A stretch of DNA of 64,000 nucleotides from Anaeromyxobacteraceae bacterium (GCA_032654565.1 JAULAX010000015.1:1120001-1184000), one strand, 5' to 3'; positions 1 to 9,885 are shown, counted from the stretch's first letter. Notes: generated from the letters alone by a model not told the origin. A program made the numbers and translations.

Positions 1-53
1 CCTTGCGACAGTACGAGCAGATGACGCGCATCGGAGCCTCCCACCAGGCGCCC

Positions 54-896
54 TCAGCCTAGCGTCGCCGCGCCCGGAGTGGCACCGCCCTCGAAGGGGT
101 GCGCCTCGAGAAAGTCGACGGCCAGGCGGGTGGCCTCGGCGGCGGTGCGGGTGCTGGCGTGCGGGCAGTGGCCGGCGTCCACCAGGGCCACCTGCGCCGA
201 GGGGAGGGCCCGCCGCGCCGCCTCGAGCTCGCCCGGCTCGGTGCGCGGGTCCCGGGTGCCGTGCAGGAAGAGGGTGGGGGCCACCACCTGGCCGAGGCGC
301 CCCTGGTAGACGTCCGGCTGGCCGGCCCGGCCGGCCGCGATGATGGAGAGCCAGGCCCGGCCCCCGGCGCCGACCACCTCTCGCCAGGCCTCGCCGTGGT
401 CGCGGCGGAGCGCCTCCACCACCGCCGGGCCGAACCGCTCGGGCGCCGCGATGGCGGTCTTGAAGAACTCCTCCGACGAGGGCTTGAAGGCGAAGAAGTG
501 GAGCGCCTCCAGCACCAGGGCGCGGACCCGGGTGGGGGCGAGGAAGCCGATCCAGGCGGCGACGACGGCGCCGTCGCTGTGGCCCCAGAATGCGGCCTGC
601 TCGACGCCGAGCGCGTCCATCACCAGCAGCGTCTCCTCGGCCATGGCGCGGTGGAAGCCGTGGGGCAGGTCGACGAGCCGCCCCGAGCCGCCGTAGCCGG
701 TCCGGTCCGGGGCGATCACCCGGTGGCGCGCGGCCACCGCGCCGACGTCGTAGGGGTAGGCCTCCCAGCCCCAGCCGCCGTGCAGGAGCACCACCGCCGG
801 GCCGGCGCCGGCCTCGCGGACCAGGATGCGGGCCGGGCCACCCGCGGGGGCCAGCGGCGAGGTGGGGAGGGTGAGGTGGCGCGTCGAGGGGGTCAC
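54..896 (-). CDS. alpha/beta fold hydrolase
   Basis: LLHGG oxyanion motif, GHSDG nucleophile elbow, G..DP and GHCPH acid/His motifs. Confidence 0.9.
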   Translation of the reverse strand: MTPSTRHLTLPTSPLAPAGGPARILVREAGAGPAVVLLHGGWGWEAYPYDVGAVAARHRVIAPDRTGYGGSGRLVDLPHGFHRAMAEETLLVMDALGVEQAAFWGHSDGAVVAAWIGFLAPTRVRALVLEALHFFAFKPSSEEFFKTAIAAPERFGPAVVEALRRDHGEAWREVVGAGGRAWLSIIAAGRAGQPDVYQGRLGQVVAPTLFLHGTRDPRTEPGELEAARRALPSAQVALVDAGHCPHASTRTAAEATRLAVDFLEAHPFEGGATPGAATLG

Positions 897-962
897 GCAC
901 CAGATGTACCGCAGACGGGCGGCCGACGCCGCAGCCGGGATCGGGCCGCGCGAGCGGCGCCG

Positions 963-1988
963 TCAGGCCACCCCGGTGCTCCGCCCGGCGAGCCGCCCGG
1001 CCGCCAGCACCGCCTGGGCCACCGCGCCGAGCTCCTTCACCCCCTGGATGAAGGCCCCCGGGCCGTGGAAGGCCTCGTTGACCCGGCGTCCCACCTCGGC
1101 CTCGTCGAGCGGCGCGCCGTCGAGGGCGGCCTCCAGCACCGCCACCGTGGTGGCCGGGGCGATGAAGTCGCCGCGGAGGCGGGGACCGGCCAGCCGGCCC
1201 GCGGCCAGGGCGGTGAGCACCTCGAGCGAGCCGATGGGGATCGGCACAAGGCCGCTGGCCGAGAGCCCGGCCTCGTCCTCCTCGGAGAGCGGCAGCTCGG
1301 CCTCGGGGAGCGCGCCCGCCACCGGCTCCGGCTCCCCGTCGGCGGGTCCGGTCCAGCCGGACATCAGCGCCACCGCGACCTGGTCGAAGTCGAGCGCCCG
1401 GCCGGCCAGCTCCGCCACCGTGACCGGGGTCGGGCCGCCGGCCGCGGGATCGGCGGCGGACCTGGCGCGCAGCACCGCCGAGGGCGGCTCGAGGGGGCGG
1501 GACAGGGAGAGGAAGGACTCGAGCGCGACGGCGCCGTCCGGCGTCCCCTCCTGCGAGACCGCCGCCAGCTGAAGACCACCGGCCGAGACGAAGTCACGGC
1601 CGAACCAGGCGGCCTGGCGCGCGCCCAGGCTGCGCAGCGCCGCCAGCAGCCCGCGCACGTACCGGTTGGTGGTCCGCTCGGGCGGGAACGGCGCGGCCCC
1701 CAGCGCCGCCCCGGGGGACGTGTAGAGGAAGAGGCCGACCGTGCCGTCGCCCACCAGCAGGGTGCGCCCGCCGCCGGCGCGGCGCAGCGGGGCGAGGTCG
1801 AGCGAGCGGGCCGCGGCCAGGTCGACGACGCTGGCCGCACGCTGGTGGCGCCCCAGCAGGAGGGCCGGCGAGGCGAAGTCGGCGATCACCAGGATGGGCG
1901 CCGGGTGGCCTCGCGAGAGCAGGCCGGCCTCGACGCGGACGAAGCGCGCCGGCTCGCAGCGCGCCAGGATGGCCACCTGGAGGGTCAC
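963..1988 (-). CDS. lipoate-protein ligase A-like protein
   Basis: LRRAGGGRT motif and C-terminal RLRGDF domain; GTG start at 1988 overlaps the GST stop codon (start inferred). Confidence 0.65.
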   Translation of the reverse strand: MTLQVAILARCEPARFVRVEAGLLSRGHPAPILVIADFASPALLLGRHQRAASVVDLAAARSLDLAPLRRAGGGRTLLVGDGTVGLFLYTSPGAALGAAPFPPERTTNRYVRGLLAALRSLGARQAAWFGRDFVSAGGLQLAAVSQEGTPDGAVALESFLSLSRPLEPPSAVLRARSAADPAAGGPTPVTVAELAGRALDFDQVAVALMSGWTGPADGEPEPVAGALPEAELPLSEEDEAGLSASGLVPIPIGSLEVLTALAAGRLAGPRLRGDFIAPATTVAVLEAALDGAPLDEAEVGRRVNEAFHGPGAFIQGVKELGAVAQAVLAAGRLAGRSTGVA

Positions 1989-2593
1989 GGGGAGGTGGTG
2001 GCCCGCACGCTGGGGCGCGCCAGGACGGGGGTGGCCCAGGCGGCCAGGCCCCGGTGGGCGTCCCGCCAGCCCCGCTCCGGCTGGCGGAGGTCGAGGTAGA
2101 GGAGCGCGCTCACCAGCGCCAGGTCGGCGAGCGTCAGGCCGTCGCCCTCGCACCAGCGCCGCGACCCCAGCTGCCGCTCGGCCAGCGCCAGCGCCCGGGT
2201 GATGGCGGCGTCGTGCAGGGCGAGCGTGGGCGGGTCCTGGCGCTCGGCGGGGCGCAGCGACTCCAGGCGGGTGAGCACCGCCGCGTCCATCACGCCGTCG
2301 GCCAGCGCCTCCCAGCGCCGCACCCGCAGCCGGGCCAGCGGGTCGGCGCGGGGGATGAGGACCGGGGTGGCGTTGAGGGTGTCGAGGTACTCGCAGATCA
2401 CCGGCGAGTCGTAGACCGCGGTGCCGTCGTCGAGCAGCAGCGTGGGGACGCGCCCCAGCGGGTTGTGCTGAGGCACCGGGCTGCCCGGCTCGCGCGGCGG
2501 GGAGACCACGTAGTCGTGGGTGAGCCCCTTCTCGAGGAGGACCAGGCGGACCTTGCGGGTGTAGGGGCTGGTGTCGGAGCCGAGCAGCTTCAT
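1985..2593 (-). CDS. glutathione S-transferase family protein
   Basis: SPYTRKVR, NPLGRVPTL, DSPVICEYLD, LTLADLA motifs. Confidence 0.92.
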   Translation of the reverse strand: MKLLGSDTSPYTRKVRLVLLEKGLTHDYVVSPPREPGSPVPQHNPLGRVPTLLLDDGTAVYDSPVICEYLDTLNATPVLIPRADPLARLRVRRWEALADGVMDAAVLTRLESLRPAERQDPPTLALHDAAITRALALAERQLGSRRWCEGDGLTLADLALVSALLYLDLRQPERGWRDAHRGLAAWATPVLARPSVRATTSP

Positions 2594-2606
2594 CGGGTCA
2601 TTCCTC

Positions 2607-2636
2607 TGGCCGTGCGTGGCCGTGCGTGGCCGTGCG
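2607..2636. repeat. 10-bp tandem repeat (TGGCCGTGCG)x3
   Basis: Read directly in the divergent GST/AKR intergenic region. Confidence 0.85.
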
Positions 2637-2691
2637 GCGACGGAGCGGGCCCGCACCCCAGGGGATATACAGTGGAGGGGCGGGAGGTTCC

Positions 2692-3654
2692 ATGAGAACA
2701 CGGCGGCTCGGTGGGTTGGAGGTGGGAGCCATGGGGCTCGGGTGCATGGGCATGACCCATGGCTACGTGCGCCCGGAGGACGTGGACGAGCCGGAGGGGA
2801 TCGCCACCATCCAGCGGGCCCTCGACCGGGGGGTCACGCTCATCGACACGGCGGAGGTCTACGGGCCCTTCACCAACGAGGTGCTGGTCGGCAAGGCGAT
2901 CCGGGGGCGGCGGTCGCAGGTGGTGCTGGCGACCAAGTTCGGCATCCTCGGCGCCCCCGATGGGAGCCCGGCCAACGCCCGGCGCGTGGCCGAGGCCTCG
3001 CTGCACCGCGTCGGCGCCGAGGTCATCGACCTCTACTACCTCCACCGGCTGGATCCGAAGGTGCCCGTCGAGGAGTCGGTGGGCGGGATGAAGCGGCTGG
3101 TGGAGGACGGGCTGGTGCGGTTCCTCGGCCTCTCCGAGGTCGGGCCCGAGACCCTGCGGCGCGCCCACCGGGTCCACCCCATCGCCGCGCTGCAGAGCGA
3201 GTACTCGGTCTTCGAGCGGGGCGTCGAGGAGCGGATCCTGCCGGCCTGCCGGGAGCTCGGCGTCGGCTTCGTCCCCTTCAGCCCGCTGGGGCGCGGCTTC
3301 CTGGCCGGCGCCTTCAAGGACGACCGCGAGCTCGCCGCCGGCGACTTCCGCCACAGCGTCCCGCGCTTCGCCCCGGAGAACGCGCTGGTCAACCAGGGGA
3401 TCCTCGGGACCCTCCGCGCCGTCGCGGCCCGCCGGAAGGCGACGCCGGCGCAGGTGGCGCTGGCCTGGGTGCTGGCCCGGGGGGAGGACGTGGTCCCCAT
3501 CCCCGGGACCCGGCGCCGGCAGCGGCTCGACGAGAACCTCGACGCGCTCGAGGTGGTCCTGGCTCCCGAGGACCTGGCCGAGCTGGAGCCGCTCGCCGCC
3601 CGGGTGGCCGGCGATCGCTACCTGCCCGCCCTGATGGCGACCGTTGAGCGGTAA
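2692..3654 (+). CDS. aldo/keto reductase
   Basis: GLGCMGM, IDTAEVYG, LATKFG, IDLYYLHR, PIPGT motifs; GGAGG RBS. Confidence 0.95.
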   Translation: MRTRRLGGLEVGAMGLGCMGMTHGYVRPEDVDEPEGIATIQRALDRGVTLIDTAEVYGPFTNEVLVGKAIRGRRSQVVLATKFGILGAPDGSPANARRVAEASLHRVGAEVIDLYYLHRLDPKVPVEESVGGMKRLVEDGLVRFLGLSEVGPETLRRAHRVHPIAALQSEYSVFERGVEERILPACRELGVGFVPFSPLGRGFLAGAFKDDRELAAGDFRHSVPRFAPENALVNQGILGTLRAVAARRKATPAQVALAWVLARGEDVVPIPGTRRRQRLDENLDALEVVLAPEDLAELEPLAARVAGDRYLPALMATVER

Positions 3655-3690
3655 GGTCGCGCCGGTGAGCCACACGACGGGAGCCCCGAG

Positions 3691-4347
3691 ATGAAGGACC
3701 TGAACCCCGCGCCGTCGAAGCTGGTCGTCGTCGAGGCGCCGGCGACCTCGGCGCTCCAGAAGGTCTTCGACCTGGTGGTGAACGTCGACGCCGCCTCCAT
3801 CGGCGCCTACGTGGAGAAGCTGCGGGCGCAGAACCCGGGGATCACCGACGACGCCCTGGCGGCCCGGATCGTCTCCCGCAAGTCACTGAAGAACGGACTG
3901 GTCGGCGCCGCCACCGGCCTGGGCGGCCTGATCACGCTCCCCTTCAGCGTCCCGGCCGACGTCGCCATGTCCTGGCGGATCCAGGCCAGCATGACCCTGG
4001 CGGTGGCCCACGTCTACGGCCACACCCGGGCCTCCACTGACCTGAAGACCGACCTCTACCTGGTGCTGGCCGGCGACTCCGCCAAGGAGGCGCTCAAGCA
4101 GCTCGGCATCCAGGTGGGGAAGGCCCTCACCCGCGAGCTGGTGGAGCGGTACGTCACCCGCGAGGTGATGACCAGGGTCTGGATGGTGCTGGGGGAGCGA
4201 ATCATCACCAAGGCCGGCACCCGGTCGGTCACCAGCTTCATGAAGTGGGTGCCGCTGGTGGGGGCGCCCATCGGCTTCGCCTTCGACTGGACCGCCACCC
4301 GGGCGGTCGGCCACTTCGCCATCCGCTACTACAGCGGCCGGGCCTGA
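3691..4347 (+). CDS. EcsC-family protein
   Basis: GAATGLGGLITLP..VPAD..AVAHVYG and KWVPLVGAPIG pattern. Confidence 0.7.
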   Translation: MKDLNPAPSKLVVVEAPATSALQKVFDLVVNVDAASIGAYVEKLRAQNPGITDDALAARIVSRKSLKNGLVGAATGLGGLITLPFSVPADVAMSWRIQASMTLAVAHVYGHTRASTDLKTDLYLVLAGDSAKEALKQLGIQVGKALTRELVERYVTREVMTRVWMVLGERIITKAGTRSVTSFMKWVPLVGAPIGFAFDWTATRAVGHFAIRYYSGRA

Positions 4348-4379
4348 GCCATGGCAGGGAACGGGGACGAGAGCGATCC

Positions 4380-4817
4380 ATGACCGATGCCGACCGCGAG
4401 ATCGTGAGCAGCGTCCTCCTCGACGCCACCCCGGAGCGGATCTACGACGCCTTCGCCGACCCGGCGTCGCTGGCCCGCTGGTGGGGGCCGGCCGGGTTCA
4501 CCACCACCTTCCACCAGTTCGAGTTCCGGCCCGGCGGGCGCTGGCGCTTCGACCTGCACGGTCCCGACGGGGCCACCTGGCCGAACGAGAGCGTCTTCGT
4601 CGAGCTGGTGCGCGGCGAGCGGATCGTCCTCGACCACCTGGGCGCTCACCCGTTCCGCCTGACCATCACCCTGACGGCGCGCGGCCGCCAGACCGAGATG
4701 GTCTGGCGGATGCGCCACGAGACGGCGGAGCAGTGCCAGCGGCTGCGGAGCGTCATCGTCCCGGCCAACGAGGAGAACTTCGACCGGCTGGGGCGGCTGC
4801 TCTTCCAGCAGGAGTGA
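4380..4817 (+). CDS. SRPBCC/AHSA1-like (START-fold) protein
   Basis: ATPERIYDAFADP..LARWWGP.GF, FRPGGRWRF, ANEENFDRL. Confidence 0.88.
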   Translation: MTDADREIVSSVLLDATPERIYDAFADPASLARWWGPAGFTTTFHQFEFRPGGRWRFDLHGPDGATWPNESVFVELVRGERIVLDHLGAHPFRLTITLTARGRQTEMVWRMRHETAEQCQRLRSVIVPANEENFDRLGRLLFQQE

Positions 4818-4914
4818 GCGCGAGCCCCCCCTCCGTCGTTCATCGGCGGGGCCAGGCGACCGGCCTGTCACACGGACCGGGCCTCCCGGACTCCATGTCC
4901 CAGGAGGCCACGCC

Positions 4915-5601
4915 ATGACCCGCTTCGCCCTCGTCGCCGTCGCTGCTCTCACCATCGCCAGGAGCGCTTCCGCACAGCAGGTGGAGGCCAGGGAGCGGGC
5001 CACGGAGGTGATCAAGGACGAGGACGTGCTCGCCCCCAACCTGTTCAAGGGCATCCAGGCCGTCGAGTGGACGGCCACGCTCGCGGGCGGGAGCTTCCAG
5101 AGCAGCCTGCCCAAGGACGGCGCCGAGTCCCTGGAGATGACCCTGGGAATCGGCTGGCGGAACTTCACCATGGGGTTGCGGGGCTCGATGGACTTCATGG
5201 GCAAGGCCTCCGGCTATGGCCTGGGGGTCACGCTGGGGCCGCGCCTCCACCTGGGGCGCGGGTTCCGGCTCGAGCTCCTGGCCGACCTCGGCCTGACCAC
5301 CTTCTCCGACGACTACGAGGCCGATGCACTCCTCGTCAGCAAGAAGACGGAGGGCAGCTCCAAGACGCTTCCCACGGTCGGGCTTCGTTCCGGCATCACC
5401 CTGGTCTCCGACTCCGGCCGCCACGCCATCACGCTCGGCGGCCTGGTCCGCCGGACCAACTCCGCCACCGTCGAATACCAGACGACCACCTGCCTGGTGA
5501 TGGGCGCCATCTGTGGAACCGAGACGCTCACGGCGACCTACGGCGGCACCATGGTCGGCGCCTACCTGACCTACACCCACCTCTGGCCCCGGGGTTCGTG
5601 A
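4915..5601 (+). CDS. secreted hypothetical protein, possible outer-membrane beta-barrel
   Basis: N-terminal signal peptide (ASA-QQ), alternating amphipathic strands, AGGAGG RBS. Confidence 0.6.
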   Translation: MTRFALVAVAALTIARSASAQQVEARERATEVIKDEDVLAPNLFKGIQAVEWTATLAGGSFQSSLPKDGAESLEMTLGIGWRNFTMGLRGSMDFMGKASGYGLGVTLGPRLHLGRGFRLELLADLGLTTFSDDYEADALLVSKKTEGSSKTLPTVGLRSGITLVSDSGRHAITLGGLVRRTNSATVEYQTTTCLVMGAICGTETLTATYGGTMVGAYLTYTHLWPRGS

Positions 5602-5645
5602 GGGCCACGTCCACCGTCGCGGCGCCCCTGTTGTAGGGTGCGCCG

Positions 5646-8024
5646 GTGACCGAGGTGCGTGGGTTCATCGTCTCCGCCTGGGAGGAGCGCGGGCGTGGAG
5701 CGGCGGCGCGGCGCCTGCTGGCCACCGGGCGGCTCGAGGACGGACGCAGCTTCGCCCTGCTGCTGCCCGCCCCCGCGCCGGCGGTCCACGTCGCGGCGCC
5801 GGACGGCCCCCGCGCCCTCGGCCTGCTGGCCGGCTCCCACCAGGCCGCGCTCGAGGCGGCGCCGTGGTCCGACCTGGCCGGCGCGGCGCTGGCCCGCCTC
5901 GACCTGCACACCGGGTCCCCGGACGACGCCGTCCGCCGGCTCGCCGCCGCCGGCCTGGCGCCCCGCGGCCTCGACCGGGCCCGGGCCTCCGACGCCCTGC
6001 TGGCGCTGGGGCTCACCGGTCCGGTGGTCATCCGCGGCGAGGCGACGCCCGGCCGGCGCGTGGACCTGGTCTTCGTCGACCCGGCGCTGACGCCGTCTGC
6101 CACTGCGCCCCCACTCTCCTGGCTGGCCCTCGACATCGAGACCGACCGGGCCGGCACCGTCACCGCCGCCTCCCTGGCCGGTCCGAAGGGGCCGGGCGAG
6201 GTGCACTTCGTCGGGCCGCCGCTGCCGTCGTCGTCGGTCACCAGCCACGCCTCCGAGGCGGCGCTGCTCGCGGCGCTGGCCGAGCGGCTCCGGGCCCGCG
6301 ACCCGGACGTGGTCACCGGCTGGAACGTCATCGACTTCGACCTCAGGGTCCTTGCCGCCCGCTGCCAGGCGCACCGGCTCCCCTTCGACGTGGGGCGCAC
6401 CGCCGGCGACCTGACCGTGCGGAGCCGCCCCGGCGCCAGGCACGCCGCCGAGATCCCCGGGAGGGCGGTGCTCGACGCCATGCGGCTGATGCGCGCCTCG
6501 GGGCGGAAGCTCGACGACTACTCGCTCGACGGCGTGGCCCACGCCGTGCTGGGCGAGGGCAAGACGGTGCACCTGCGCGGCGAGGCCAAGCTGGACGAAC
6601 TGGACCGGCTGCGGCGCGACGAGCCGGAGCGCTTCTGCGCCTACTGCCTGCGCGACTCGGAGCTGGTGCTGGAGATCCTCGCCAAGACCGGCCTGGACGC
6701 GCTGACGGCGCGGCGGGCGGCCCTGACCGGCGTCTCGCTCGATCTCGCCTGGACCAGCATCCCGGCCTTCGAGCGGATCTACGGCACGGCGCTGCGGGCG
6801 CGGCGGGTGGTGCCGCCGGAGCCGAGCGACGCCGACGTCTCCGGGGCGGCCGGCGGCGTGGTGCTGGAGGCCGAGGCCGGGCTCTTCCCCAACGTGCTGG
6901 TCTTCGACTTCCGCAGCCTCTACCCGTCGCTGATGCGGACCTTCCACATCGACCCGCTGGCCCACGCCCGGGCCGAGGCGCGGCCGCAGCCCGGCGACCT
7001 CATCGCGCCCAACGGCGCCCGCTTCGACCGCGCCGAGGGGATCCTTCCGGCCATCCTCACCAGGTACGCGGTGGAGCGGGAGGCGGCCATCCAGGCCGGC
7101 GACGAGACCGCCGCCTACGTCTACAAGATCCTGCAGAACTCCTTCTACGGCGTGCTCGGCGCCCAGGGCTGTCGCTACGCCCGCACCGAGCTGGCCGGCG
7201 CCATCACCTCCTTCGGGCAGCTCTTCCTGCGGGCGGCGCGCGACTGGTTCGAGGAGCGCGGCCACCACGTCCTCTACGGCGACACCGACTCGGTCTTCCT
7301 GCTGTCGAACCTCGACGACGGCGCCGGCCACCAGGCGCTCTCCCGGCTCGGCGGGGGGCTGGCGGCCGACCTGAACCGCCACCTGGCGGAGCGGATCCGG
7401 CGCGAGTTCGACGTCGAGTCGCACCTGGTGATGCGCTGCGAGAAGGCCTACCGGAGGTTCTTCATCCCGCGGCTGCGCGGCGACTCGAGCCCGGACGGGC
7501 GGGGGCGCGGCAAGGGCTACGCCGGCCTGCTGCTCCAGGCCGACGGCACGGCGGAGGTGGAGGTGCGCGGCATGGAGGCGGTGCGGAGCGACTTCACGCC
7601 GCTGGCCCGCCGCTTCCAGGTGGAGCTGCTGCGGCGGCTCTTCGCCGGGAAGGGGGAGGCGGCGCTGCGGGGGTTCTGCCTGGAGGTGGCCGGCCAGCTG
7701 GCCCGCGGGGAGCTGGACGCCGAGCTCACCTACCGCAAGGCGCTCCGGCGGGCGGCCAGGGACTACGACTCGGCGACGCCGCAGGTGAGGGCGGCGCGGC
7801 TGCTCGGCTGGACCGACCGCCGCGGGCGCATCGACTACGTCATGACCCGCGCCGGCGCCGAGCCGATCGAGGCGCGCAGCGGCGCACCGCTCGACCACGC
7901 CCACTACCGGGACCGGCAGCTCCTGCCCATCGCCCAGTCGATCGCCTCGGCGCTCGGCTGGTCCGACGAGGGGTGGGTCGGCGAAGGGGGGCAGCTGGGC
8001 CTGTTCGGGCCGCGCCGGGGCTGA
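5646..8024 (+). CDS. polB: DNA polymerase II (family B)
   Basis: Exonuclease LDIET and GWNVIDFD; polymerase FDFRSLYPS, KILQNSFYG, YGDTDS. Confidence 0.93.
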   Translation: MTEVRGFIVSAWEERGRGAAARRLLATGRLEDGRSFALLLPAPAPAVHVAAPDGPRALGLLAGSHQAALEAAPWSDLAGAALARLDLHTGSPDDAVRRLAAAGLAPRGLDRARASDALLALGLTGPVVIRGEATPGRRVDLVFVDPALTPSATAPPLSWLALDIETDRAGTVTAASLAGPKGPGEVHFVGPPLPSSSVTSHASEAALLAALAERLRARDPDVVTGWNVIDFDLRVLAARCQAHRLPFDVGRTAGDLTVRSRPGARHAAEIPGRAVLDAMRLMRASGRKLDDYSLDGVAHAVLGEGKTVHLRGEAKLDELDRLRRDEPERFCAYCLRDSELVLEILAKTGLDALTARRAALTGVSLDLAWTSIPAFERIYGTALRARRVVPPEPSDADVSGAAGGVVLEAEAGLFPNVLVFDFRSLYPSLMRTFHIDPLAHARAEARPQPGDLIAPNGARFDRAEGILPAILTRYAVEREAAIQAGDETAAYVYKILQNSFYGVLGAQGCRYARTELAGAITSFGQLFLRAARDWFEERGHHVLYGDTDSVFLLSNLDDGAGHQALSRLGGGLAADLNRHLAERIRREFDVESHLVMRCEKAYRRFFIPRLRGDSSPDGRGRGKGYAGLLLQADGTAEVEVRGMEAVRSDFTPLARRFQVELLRRLFAGKGEAALRGFCLEVAGQLARGELDAELTYRKALRRAARDYDSATPQVRAARLLGWTDRRGRIDYVMTRAGAEPIEARSGAPLDHAHYRDRQLLPIAQSIASALGWSDEGWVGEGGQLGLFGPRRG

Positions 8025-8046
8025 CCCGGCGGGCGGGCCCCTCGGC

Positions 8047-8928
8047 TCAGGGCTTCGCGGGCGGCTCCACCTGGCGCATCAGCCCCTCCTGCGCCACGCT
8101 GGCGACCAGGCGCCCGCCGCGATCGAAGACCTGGCCGCGGGACAGGCCACGCGCCCCCTGGGCCGAGGGCGACTCCATCGAGTAGAGGAGCCAGTCGTCG
8201 ATCCGCGCGGCGCGGTGGAACCAGAGGGCGTGGTCGAGCGACGCCACCATCATCGACGGCTGGTACCAGCTCCGGCCGTGCGGGCGCAGGGCGGTCCCCA
8301 TCAGCTGGTAGTCCGAGGCGTAGGCCAGCAGGCAGCGGTGGAGCCGCGGATCGTCCGGGACGCGATCGACGGCGCGGAACCAGATGGCGTGGCGTGGCTC
8401 CACCGGCGAGGGCAGGAGCGGGTTGCGCGGCACCACCGGCCGGAACTCGATGGCACCCGTCGCGCGTAGCGTCTCGGCGACCAGCGGCGGCACCGGGCCG
8501 GCCTCGGCGAGCCAGCGCTCCTTCAGCTCGGACATGGGCGTGAGCGCCTCCGGCGGCGGGACCTCGGGCATGGGCGCGGCGTGCTCCAGCCCCTCCTCGG
8601 GGAGCTGGAACGAGGCGATCATCGAGAGGATGGGGCGCCCGTGCTGGATGGCCTGCACGCGCCGGGCGGAGAAGGACCGCCCGTCCCGGACCCGCTCCAC
8701 CTGGTAGACGATGGGGGCGTCGGCGTCGCCGGGGAGCAGGAAGTAGGCGTGGAGCGAGTGGGGGACACGGTCCTCGATGGTCCGCTCGGCGGCGACCAGG
8801 GCCTGGCCGATCACCTGGCCGCCGAAGACGCGCGGTCCCCACAGGTCCTTCGACTGCCCGCGGAAGAGGTTGACCTCGAGCTGCTCGAGGTCGAGCTGGG
8901 ACAGCAGCGCGCTGAGGGTCTCGTTCAA
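8047..8928 (-). CDS. tesB: acyl-CoA thioesterase II
   Basis: VFGGQVIGQAL, HSLHAYFL, RDGRSFSARRV, ASLDHALWFH, SVAQEGL. Confidence 0.95.
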   Translation of the reverse strand: MNETLSALLSQLDLEQLEVNLFRGQSKDLWGPRVFGGQVIGQALVAAERTIEDRVPHSLHAYFLLPGDADAPIVYQVERVRDGRSFSARRVQAIQHGRPILSMIASFQLPEEGLEHAAPMPEVPPPEALTPMSELKERWLAEAGPVPPLVAETLRATGAIEFRPVVPRNPLLPSPVEPRHAIWFRAVDRVPDDPRLHRCLLAYASDYQLMGTALRPHGRSWYQPSMMVASLDHALWFHRAARIDDWLLYSMESPSAQGARGLSRGQVFDRGGRLVASVAQEGLMRQVEPPAKP

Positions 8929-9000
8929 GGCTCGCCTCCGGGACCGTTCTATCCCGTTCGGTGGGTCGGCGGCGGGGCATCGTCCTGGCCGGGGGCGTCA

Positions 9001-9087
9001 CCGGGCCGGCAACCAGCTCCGGCGCCTTCGAGTCGTGGGTGCGCCACCAGTGCTGCTTCGCCGGAATGCGAGACCGGAAGACGGACG
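9001..9087 (-). pseudogene. collapsed remnant of the DUF2779 gene 5' end plus promoter (paralogous to 34219-34367)
   Basis: 9001-9059 aligns ungapped to 34219-34277 (8 mismatches by hand; KQHWWRTHDSKAPELVAGP vs KQLWWRVHDSKAPELVAGP); 9063-9086 matches promoter 34343-34366. Confidence 0.85.
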
Positions 9088-9118
9088 GGCAGCGTCCCCT
9101 CCAGCGTGAAGGCGAGGC

Positions 9119-9535
9119 CTACGGCGCCACCGGCAGCCCGAGGGCCTCGGCGTTGCGGCGGATCCGGTCGTCGCAGCTGACCACGGTGAGCCCGCCGATC
9201 GACTCGTCGAGCTCCAGCGCCGAGGCGAGGTGGATGGCGTCCAGCGTCCGGACCGGCTCGAGCGGGAGGTCGTCCCGGGCTCGCCCCAGCACCGGGGCGT
9301 CCACCGCCAGCACGTCCCAGCTGCGCTCGAAGGCCGCCAGCCAGCGCTCCACCTCGCGGCCTTGCCGGGCGTCGAGCCGCCCCTCGCGGCGCGCCCGCGC
9401 CAGCGCCCGGGCGGCCTCGGTGAAGGTGAGCGCCGAGGTCACCACCTCGGCCCCGGTCAGCCGGGCCCGGAGCGGCGCGTCCCCCTCCAGCAGCGCCCGC
9501 AGCAGCGCGCTGGTCTCGACGTAGAGGCGGCTCAC
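9119..9535 (-). CDS. vapC: PIN-domain VapC toxin
   Basis: LYVETSALL, TFTEA, RTLDAIHLASA, VVSCDDR acidic PIN motifs. Confidence 0.9.
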   Translation of the reverse strand: MSRLYVETSALLRALLEGDAPLRARLTGAEVVTSALTFTEAARALARARREGRLDARQGREVERWLAAFERSWDVLAVDAPVLGRARDDLPLEPVRTLDAIHLASALELDESIGGLTVVSCDDRIRRNAEALGLPVAP

Positions 9536-9831
9536 GCTTCACCGCGCTCGGCGTCGAGCAGCCCGGCGGCGCTCCCGGGAGCGAGCCGCACGCTGGGGGC
9601 CGGGGGCCAGGCCCGCGCCTCGGCCCGTGCGCCGGGCACCAGGCGACCCGCCTCGACCAGCCGGCGGTAGCGCAGCTCGTCGGGGGAGGCGGCGCGGTCG
9701 GCCACGCCGGGGAGCCGGAGCTCGGCCACCACCCGGCCGTGGTCGGTGACCAGCACCACCTCGCCCCGCTCGACCTCTCGCAGGTAGGCGCTGAAGCGGG
9801 CGCGCAGCTCTCGGACCCCGGCGGTCTTCAT
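9532..9831 (-). CDS. Phd/YefM-family antitoxin
   Basis: MKTAGVRELRARFSAYLREVERGEVVLVTDHGRVVAEL; overlaps vapC by 4 nt. Confidence 0.9.
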   Translation of the reverse strand: MKTAGVRELRARFSAYLREVERGEVVLVTDHGRVVAELRLPGVADRAASPDELRYRRLVEAGRLVPGARAEARAWPPAPSVRLAPGSAAGLLDAERGEA

Positions 9832-9837
9832 GAGGGG

Positions 9838-9866
9838 AGTGTAGTCACCGGTGACTACATCGTCAA
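9838..9866 (-). promoter_or_regulatory. sigma70-type promoter TTGACG-N17-TACACT with perfect 20-bp palindromic operator TGTAGTCACCGGTGACTACA (9840-9859)
   Basis: Read directly; ATG 6 nt after the -10 box. Confidence 0.85.
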
Positions 9867-9885
9867 GGCGAGCCAGGTCGCCGAA

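Noticed and set aside
5605..5645. Island motif upstream of polB
   Set aside because: A -10 box (TAGGGT) is present but there is no GTC element at the 9-10 nt spacing, so polB is not counted in the regulon
9028..9050. TTCGAGTC...CCACCA resembling a tRNA 3' end or att site
   Set aside because: No T-stem pairing, no match to either tRNA, and explained by the DUF2779 scar
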